A model generated the notes under the pieces. That model made no database searches, was not told where the DNA came from, and was given only the letters and a program-made list of their open reading frames with translations. Below are positions 7,370 to 12,359 of a stretch of DNA of 12,359 nucleotides, piece after piece. Position numbers and translations under genes: made by a program. The DNA comes from a virus (lineage: Duplodnaviria; Heunggongvirae; Uroviricota; Caudoviricetes), in the IMG/VR virus record IMGVR_UViG_3300046779_001955, positions 74,116-86,474 of that record, one strand, 5' to 3'. Every line of letters begins with the position of its first letter. Within the stretch, counting starts at the first letter, position 1.

Positions 7370-7574
7370 GTACCTCTTCATCCCAGACTCTAATTTCGTT
7401 ACCTTCGTCGTCAACCAGGGCACCTTCAGTGGCATAGCCGTATGCACCTGCAGCCACAGTGGCATTGGGAATTACCACGCATCCGCATTGCCAAAAAGCA
7501 AAGCGATCGTAATAACCATGGTAATGACGTGGAGTCATTGTGGTATTGCAATGCGGGCAAATTGGAGCTGTCAT
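7359..7574 (-). CDS. Small zinc-ribbon protein (71 aa)
   Basis: CPHC-x20-CGC motif and an acidic tail. AAGGA Shine-Dalgarno 6 nt upstream of the ATG, with a dedicated promoter. Confidence 0.8.
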   Translation of the reverse strand: MTAPICPHCNTTMTPRHYHGYYDRFAFWQCGCVVIPNATVAAGAYGYATEGALVDDEGNEIRVWDEEVLDQ

Positions 7575-7589
7575 TTACTGTCCTTTTTG

Positions 7590-7632
7590 ATTACTATAAC
7601 TCTATTATAGCGATATTGGGATTATTAGTCAA
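7590..7632 (-). promoter_or_regulatory. Repeated promoter cassette, copy 1 (sigma70 -35/-10 plus conserved leader)
   Basis: TTGACT (7632-7627), 17 nt AATAATCCCAATATCGC, TATAAT (7609-7604), AGAGTTATAGTAAT. 41/43 identical to 7825-7867. Confidence 0.9.
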
Positions 7633-7807
7633 CTGGGGCAAACATGCGGGCACCATCGCGCAGAAATTCTCGCAGTTCACGGCGTACTTCGCTGGGATAC
7701 ATTTCTTCGCATTCTTTAATAAACATGATTGCGTCCAAGATGCCGTAGTTGGACCAGCCCCGGCGAATGTACTCGACTTCGGCCATTAAATTTTGATAGT
7801 TGCTCAT
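7625..7807 (-). CDS. Small hypothetical protein (60 aa, helical)
   Basis: ORF between two promoter cassettes with an AAGGGG Shine-Dalgarno-like element upstream. The stop codon lies inside the next promoter's -35 region. Confidence 0.78.
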   Translation of the reverse strand: MSNYQNLMAEVEYIRRGWSNYGILDAIMFIKECEEMYPSEVRRELREFLRDGARMFAPVD

Positions 7808-7824
7808 TTATCAACCCCTTATTA

Positions 7825-7867
7825 ATTACTATAACTCTATTATAGCGATATTGGGATTAATGGTCAA
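7825..7867 (-). promoter_or_regulatory. Repeated promoter cassette, copy 2
   Basis: TTGACC (7867-7862), 17 nt ATTAATCCCAATATCGC, TATAAT (7844-7839), AGAGTTATAGTAAT. 35 consecutive bases (7825-7859) are identical to 7590-7624. Confidence 0.9.
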
Positions 7868-7888
7868 ATAGGGTAAATGTTGCTTAAT

Positions 7889-8776
7889 TTACAACCAAAA
7901 GTTACGTATTATGGGGTCGCTGAGTCTTTCATGGGGCTTGGGACTGCCGTGGAATATCAGCACCGAAGTTCGATAATCAATGTTAGTGCCTGAATTAATA
8001 TTGATGTACTTGCGTGTTCTAAAATCCATGCCACCGTCTAAGCATTGCCAACGCCAGCTGGCTGTACTCATTGGTGGAAAGTATCGTAGATGTCGTTCAT
8101 TTAATAATTCACTGAGATAGTCTTGATCGCCGTGATGTATTCTACTAAGGTGTGTGATATTGCGTTGTTGAAATTCTTCCCAAATCCATGCAAAGCGTTC
8201 GGTATCCCACCACATTATACTGGAATTTATACCTTGGTGATTGGCTCGCCAGAGATGCCTGAAGTCACGTGGTGCCCAGAAATACTTGGTTGTTTGTGCA
8301 ACAATCCAATCAATATTTTTGACAATGACCACATCAAGATCAAAATACAACAGTGGTCCAACATGCTGTGCAGGATTGAAGATTTGCATCTTATACCACC
8401 AGGCCTTGCGTGGTCCAGAAATGTCGGGCCACTCCACTAGTTCATGTTTGATCATATGAGCAGGTACTTCACGCCAAGCTTCAGTGAACACATGAAATTT
8501 TACTCTAAATGATAGGTTGCGAGAAACCATGTTATAGAGCTTTTCAACATAATCCCAAGAATAGACTTCACCGTGAATCAAACAAGCCACATGTATATCT
8601 TCGGTGGGCTCTGGAGGTAATGGTATTTCTTCGGTTTCAGTCCTAGCCAACCGTGCCTGTACTTTGGCCACGCGACGATCGGCTTTGAGTTGTGCTCGCT
8701 GCTGACGCAGTGTGTCTTGCTGTCGTGCAATTGCTTCGGCTTCGCGTCGTGCTCTTTTAATATACTTGTCGGTCAT
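7889..8776 (-). CDS. GT-A fold glycosyltransferase (GT8-like) with a 60-aa charged N-terminal extension
   Basis: WWYKMQIF, LLYFDLDVVI (DxD), GINSSIMWW, HGDQDYL and IFHGSPKPH are GT8-type motifs. TAATG overlap with the upstream gene. Confidence 0.8.
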   Translation of the reverse strand: MTDKYIKRARREAEAIARQQDTLRQQRAQLKADRRVAKVQARLARTETEEIPLPPEPTEDIHVACLIHGEVYSWDYVEKLYNMVSRNLSFRVKFHVFTEAWREVPAHMIKHELVEWPDISGPRKAWWYKMQIFNPAQHVGPLLYFDLDVVIVKNIDWIVAQTTKYFWAPRDFRHLWRANHQGINSSIMWWDTERFAWIWEEFQQRNITHLSRIHHGDQDYLSELLNERHLRYFPPMSTASWRWQCLDGGMDFRTRKYININSGTNIDYRTSVLIFHGSPKPHERLSDPIIRNFWL

Positions 8777-9639
8777 TATAGTGCGTGTTCAATTCGGGGA
8801 AAACATAATCCTGCAGCTAATTCATCTACAGTGTATTCAGTGTGTGCGATTTCTATTAACCATTGTTTGCGATCTATTTCATAAGGATCTTCAATTTGTG
8901 ACCAGTCAACACTGACTGGGTGCGCCAAACTTGTAGAACTTACCAAAGGTCGTGTGCCAGCTAAGGCTGCTTGTATGCCTGGTCCCGAGTTATGATTTAC
9001 CACAGCATGATAATTAAAATCACAATCAAAGCTGTCATAGGTATTGGCTAACTTTTTAGGCATTTGAAAATGTACATTGCTTGAACTCACATGGTTAAAA
9101 AAGATTTGTGATTGGTTAATAGGACTTCTAGGGTGTGGTCTAACAAAGATGGTTCTGTCTGTGTTAAGTGTTAAAGTTCTAATGACATTGTTGATCCAGG
9201 TTTCAACGGAATCTAGATCAGACACTTGCATGCTAGCCGAATGTTGACTACAGACTAAAATGTCAGATCTGGACTTAGTGGGCTGAGACAAGGCCAAGCC
9301 CAGTTTTGCCGGACGATCTGGATCTAGGTTTTCTTTATGTCCGTAATAGCCCTGAGACGTGACATGATTTACAGCGACTTTCCAAGTGACCCCACGATTC
9401 AGTGCACCAATGTCTATGACAATCACTGGCTTTTTGTGCGAGCGATAATGATCGTATATTAGTTTATTAACTTTCATGCGGCCGTGCCAGAGCACTGACC
9501 AAATTACTGCTACATCAGCTGTCATTGAATCCGGACGTATTTCAAATCCGTGTCGCTGGGCTCCTTTGAGAAAGGCCTGCATAACCGGAGGCGAATTTAA
9601 AGCACAGCTATTTTGAAACCAAGCAAGAGTACGAGCCAC
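8776..9639 (-). CDS. GT-B fold protein similar to the capsule-synthesis KpsS/KpsC (PF05159, GT107-like) family
   Basis: GTG start. VIDIGAL (cf. KpsS EEGYL / KpsC EDGFL), ILVCSQHSASMQ (cf. KpsS LQVYNDSQ), FVRPHPRS (HP motif) and AVVNHNSGPGIQAALAGTRPLV (cf. TxNSxxGxxALxxGKP). Confidence 0.62.
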   Translation of the reverse strand: MARTLAWFQNSCALNSPPVMQAFLKGAQRHGFEIRPDSMTADVAVIWSVLWHGRMKVNKLIYDHYRSHKKPVIVIDIGALNRGVTWKVAVNHVTSQGYYGHKENLDPDRPAKLGLALSQPTKSRSDILVCSQHSASMQVSDLDSVETWINNVIRTLTLNTDRTIFVRPHPRSPINQSQIFFNHVSSSNVHFQMPKKLANTYDSFDCDFNYHAVVNHNSGPGIQAALAGTRPLVSSTSLAHPVSVDWSQIEDPYEIDRKQWLIEIAHTEYTVDELAAGLCFPRIEHAL

Positions 9640-9645
9640 TAAATA
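9639..9645 (+). promoter_or_regulatory. Candidate T4-type late promoter core (C)TAAATA for the rightward glycosylation operon
   Basis: CTAAATA at 9639-9645, then 5 nt, then the GTG start at 9651 with no Shine-Dalgarno. It resembles the T4 late consensus TATAAATA but is a short AT-rich motif. Confidence 0.45.
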
Positions 9646-9650
9646 TCCCT

Positions 9651-10466
9651 GTGAAATATACTATAGTTACCACGTTCCACGAAGCTGGATACAAACAATA
9701 TGGGCAAAGAATGATTGATACATTTGCTCAAACATGGCCTGATACCATTACATTAAAAGTCTATGCCGAAGGCTGTGTCCCGGTATCGCCTAAACCCAAT
9801 ATTGAAATCATTGACTTAGAAGCCACATCGCCAGATTTGGTAAAATTCAAACAGACTTGGCGAGATGTTCCCAAAGCCAACGGCGACGTAATGAACGATC
9901 CTGTACGATCACGGCGCAAAGATGCTGGCAAAGGGTTTAAGTGGGACGCAGTGAGATTCAGTCACAAAGTTTATGCCATATTCCATGCTGCTCAAACTGT
10001 CACAACCCCTTGGTTGTTATGGATGGATGCCGACACTGTATGCCATAGTCCTTTAGCTGAATCATTTGTTGACGCAATGTGTCCTGCGGATCGTGACTTG
10101 TGTTTTTTAGGTCGTAGAGGTAAGTTCAGCGAATGCGGATTGTACGCAATGCAGTTACATACCAAAGGCACACGTCGCTTTCTCAAAGAGTTTAAAAGAA
10201 TGTATGACGAAGCTGAGCAGGGAATTTTTACCTTAGACGAATGGCATGATAGTTTTGTATTTGATGATGTGAGATTACGTACCGAGGGCCTACGTCAACT
10301 TGATTGGTCAGCAGGTATTATCACTGGCGAAGGTCACCCACTTATCAATTCAGCTTGGGGCGCATATCTAGATCATCTCAAAGGTGATCGAAAGGCCACA
10401 GGTAAAAGCTTGCGTAGAGATTTAAAAGTTCCGCGCAGTGAAAGTTATTGGAATAATCTCCCATGA
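9651..10466 (+). CDS. GT-A fold nucleotide-diphospho-sugar transferase
   Basis: GTG start. TIVTTF (first beta strand), RFSHKVYAI, WLLWMDADTV (DxD), SECG, EWHDSFVFD and YLDHLKG are typical of phage GT-A enzymes. Confidence 0.8.
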   Translation: MKYTIVTTFHEAGYKQYGQRMIDTFAQTWPDTITLKVYAEGCVPVSPKPNIEIIDLEATSPDLVKFKQTWRDVPKANGDVMNDPVRSRRKDAGKGFKWDAVRFSHKVYAIFHAAQTVTTPWLLWMDADTVCHSPLAESFVDAMCPADRDLCFLGRRGKFSECGLYAMQLHTKGTRRFLKEFKRMYDEAEQGIFTLDEWHDSFVFDDVRLRTEGLRQLDWSAGIITGEGHPLINSAWGAYLDHLKGDRKATGKSLRRDLKVPRSESYWNNLP

Positions 10467-11272
10467 AACCTTGGATTTATCTCAGTAAAAATGGCACAGA
10501 TGAGTACATAGATTTGTTTGCTCGTGGTGCAGGTGTTGCTCCAACACCACTGGAAACTTGGCGTTATGAGGATAACAGTAACACATTGGTACTACGTGGC
10601 ATACTCAAACATAAAATCATGAAGCAATGTTGGGCTGATAATCGTAAATTTCTGTATATGGATTCAGGTTACCTGGGAAATCGTCGCAATCCATTGAACC
10701 CCAATGGATTTAAAATTTGGCATAGGATAGTGCCCAATAATTTACAACACGGCGACGTTGTTGATCGTCCTAACGACCGCTGGCGTCGATTGCAACATCC
10801 TATAGAACCATTTTTAAAACGTGGACGTAAGATATTATTAGCAGTCCCCGACGAAAAGCCTTGTAAGTTTTACGACATTGATCTTGATACTTGGATCACA
10901 GAAACTATAACCAAAATCAAACAACACACTGATCGTCCTATCGAAGTAAGAGATCGCAATCCCAATCGACGACAGCGTGTAAACAATGACATGGAGTCAG
11001 CACTAAAAGATGATGTGTGGGCATTGGTGACATTTAACAGTATTGCTGCCACCGAAGCAGTGCTGGCAGGAATCCCTGCTTTTATTTTGGCACCATGTAA
11101 TGCTGCACGGCCTGTGGCCAATACAGATTTGTCCCGACTAGATGATCCATTTATACCCGACAATGATTTACGGCAGGCCTGGGCTAACCATCTAGCCTAT
11201 GGACAATTCAATAACAAAGAACTTGAAGATGGTACTGCGCATAGAATTTTAAGAGAGACATTTCATGATTGA
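10463..11272 (+). CDS. Second GT-B, KpsS/KpsC-like glycosyltransferase-like protein
   Basis: ATGA overlap. LYMDSGYL (cf. KpsS EEGYL) and ALVTFNSIAATEAVLAGIPAF (cf. TxNSxxGxEALxxGxP). It lacks the HP motif (IEVRDRNP at that position). Confidence 0.55.
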   Translation: MKPWIYLSKNGTDEYIDLFARGAGVAPTPLETWRYEDNSNTLVLRGILKHKIMKQCWADNRKFLYMDSGYLGNRRNPLNPNGFKIWHRIVPNNLQHGDVVDRPNDRWRRLQHPIEPFLKRGRKILLAVPDEKPCKFYDIDLDTWITETITKIKQHTDRPIEVRDRNPNRRQRVNNDMESALKDDVWALVTFNSIAATEAVLAGIPAFILAPCNAARPVANTDLSRLDDPFIPDNDLRQAWANHLAYGQFNNKELEDGTAHRILRETFHD

Positions 11273-11906
11273 ACATTTAGGCTGGTGGTTTCCAGTAGGC
11301 GAAACACATTTTCAAAAGATGCTAAACAAAAGTATAGCCAAGGGCGGTCCTGCACGTTATCAGTATCAGGTTAGAGACCGTAGTATGCAATATGTGTCTC
11401 AACGCCGTTTTGCACTTGACATTGGTGCTAACGTTGGACTATGGAGTCGTGATCTTTGTGAGCATTTTGATCATGTGGTTGCATTTGAACCGGTGGCTAT
11501 GTTTAGAGAATGTCTGGAAAAAAATGTTACACGTAATAATTTTACAATTGAACCTGTGGCGCTGGGCGACGAAGAAACTATGGTTAATATGATTATTACC
11601 CAAGACAACATGGGACATACACATGTAGACCCTGCTAGTTTTGGTCAAGGAACGGTTCCTGTGCGGCGCCTAGATAATCTAGAGTTTCCAACAGTTGACT
11701 ATATGAAGATTGACTGTGAAGGGTTTGAATATAAGATCATACAAGGTGCTGAACAGACTATTCGTAGATGTCGTCCAGTGGTTGTAGTTGAGCAAAAGCC
11801 CCATGGTACTTACACTGATAATCAACATGCTGCAATTGATTTACTCAAAAGTTATGGCATGACAAGATTAGATCAAGTCAAAGACGATTGGATCATGGGA
11901 TGGTAA
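11265..11906 (+). CDS. FkbM family SAM-dependent methyltransferase
   Basis: ALDIGANVGLWS (motif I), VVAFEPV, ALGD, RRLD and MKIDCEGFEYKIIQGA...IRRCRPVVVVE. Confidence 0.92.
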   Translation: MIEHLGWWFPVGETHFQKMLNKSIAKGGPARYQYQVRDRSMQYVSQRRFALDIGANVGLWSRDLCEHFDHVVAFEPVAMFRECLEKNVTRNNFTIEPVALGDEETMVNMIITQDNMGHTHVDPASFGQGTVPVRRLDNLEFPTVDYMKIDCEGFEYKIIQGAEQTIRRCRPVVVVEQKPHGTYTDNQHAAIDLLKSYGMTRLDQVKDDWIMGW

Positions 11907-12358
11907 ATGCTGAGAATTATAGCATTGAATTATTTCACAATGCCACAGTAATTGATCAAGGTAGTCGAAACAAACAAAAATTTCATTTACTTAAATCTGC
12001 TGTTGAGGCTGTGCAAACCAAAGGATTGAACTGTGAATTTGGAGTACATGAAGGATTTACTATCAACCGTATTGCTCAATACGTAGGTAACGAAACTGTA
12101 TTTGGGTTTGATAGTTTTGAAGGATTACCTGAAACCTGGAGCTTAACTGATCGCAAAACACTAGAACAAGGATATTTTGCCGTTGAAACATTACCCGAGG
12201 TTGCTTCCAATGTGACATTAGTCCGGGGTTGGTTTGATACTAGTATTCTAGAGTGGCAGGATGAGAATTCTGACCCTGTGAAGTTTATTCACATTGATTG
12301 TGATTTATATTCTAGTACCAAAACAGTTCTTACGCTATTAAACAAACAAATTACAGCG
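11900..12358 (+). CDS. TylF/MycF/NovP-like O-methyltransferase; partial, runs off the right edge
   Basis: Not in the ORF track. ATG 11900 overlaps the upstream TGG TAA (ATGGTAA). Translation: MVNAENYSIELFHN...GLNCEFGVHEGFT...VFGFDSFEGLPETW...LVRGWFDTS...FIHIDCDLYSSTKTVL. EFGV, FDSFEGLP, GWF and HIDCDLYSS are TylF-family motifs. Confidence 0.88.
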   Translation, partial: MVNAENYSIELFHNATVIDQGSRNKQKFHLLKSAVEAVQTKGLNCEFGVHEGFTINRIAQYVGNETVFGFDSFEGLPETWSLTDRKTLEQGYFAVETLPEVASNVTLVRGWFDTSILEWQDENSDPVKFIHIDCDLYSSTKTVLTLLNKQITA

Positions 12359-12359
12359 G

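Noticed and set aside
7590-7867. 43-bp direct repeat with about 190 bp between copies, considered as a CRISPR-like array or attachment site
   Set aside because: There are only two close copies, the intervening DNA is a coding ORF, the repeat is fully explained by -35/-10 boxes, and no cas or integrase gene is present.
1179-11648. Remaining short antisense or alternate-frame ORFs in the track (e.g. 1179..1397, 1406..1702, 2892..3074, 4785..5075, 5353..5571, 6699..7271, 7362..7789, 8123..8915, 9992..10186, 10870..11163, 11439..11648)
   Set aside because: Each overlaps a better-supported gene or promoter cassette and has no motif or ribosome-binding support.
1-12359. Stop-codon reassignment (alternative genetic code), as seen in some large phages
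   Set aside because: All recognisable genes are full length under the standard code, and TAA, TGA and TAG each end ORFs at positions coupled to the next start.

Overview
Gene-dense, tightly coupled (ATGA/GTGA/TAATG overlaps) segment that reads as part of a large dsDNA bacteriophage with T4-like replication genes. The left ~9.6 kb is on the minus strand. It holds a replication/recombination block (UvsW-like SF2 helicase, probable gp62-like clamp-loader small subunit, a zinc-finger protein that may be gp59-like, and an AAA+ ATPase) interleaved with glycan-related genes: a clear KDO8P synthase (kdsA), a GT10-like ORF running off the left edge and a P-loop/sulfotransferase-like ORF. Upstream lie small ORFs, each preceded by a near-identical sigma70-type promoter cassette. 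The right part is a divergently arranged glycosylation cluster: two GT-A glycosyltransferases, two KpsS/KpsC-like GT-B proteins, an FkbM methyltransferase and a TylF/MycF-like methyltransferase running off the right edge. The best candidate for a novel system is a phage-encoded pathway for a Kdo-containing, O-methylated glycan. Three back-to-back hairpins at 6212-6282 and the repeated promoter cassette are the main non-coding signals. No tRNA, rRNA, CRISPR array or mobile element was seen. All family calls come from motif reading by eye, not database searches.
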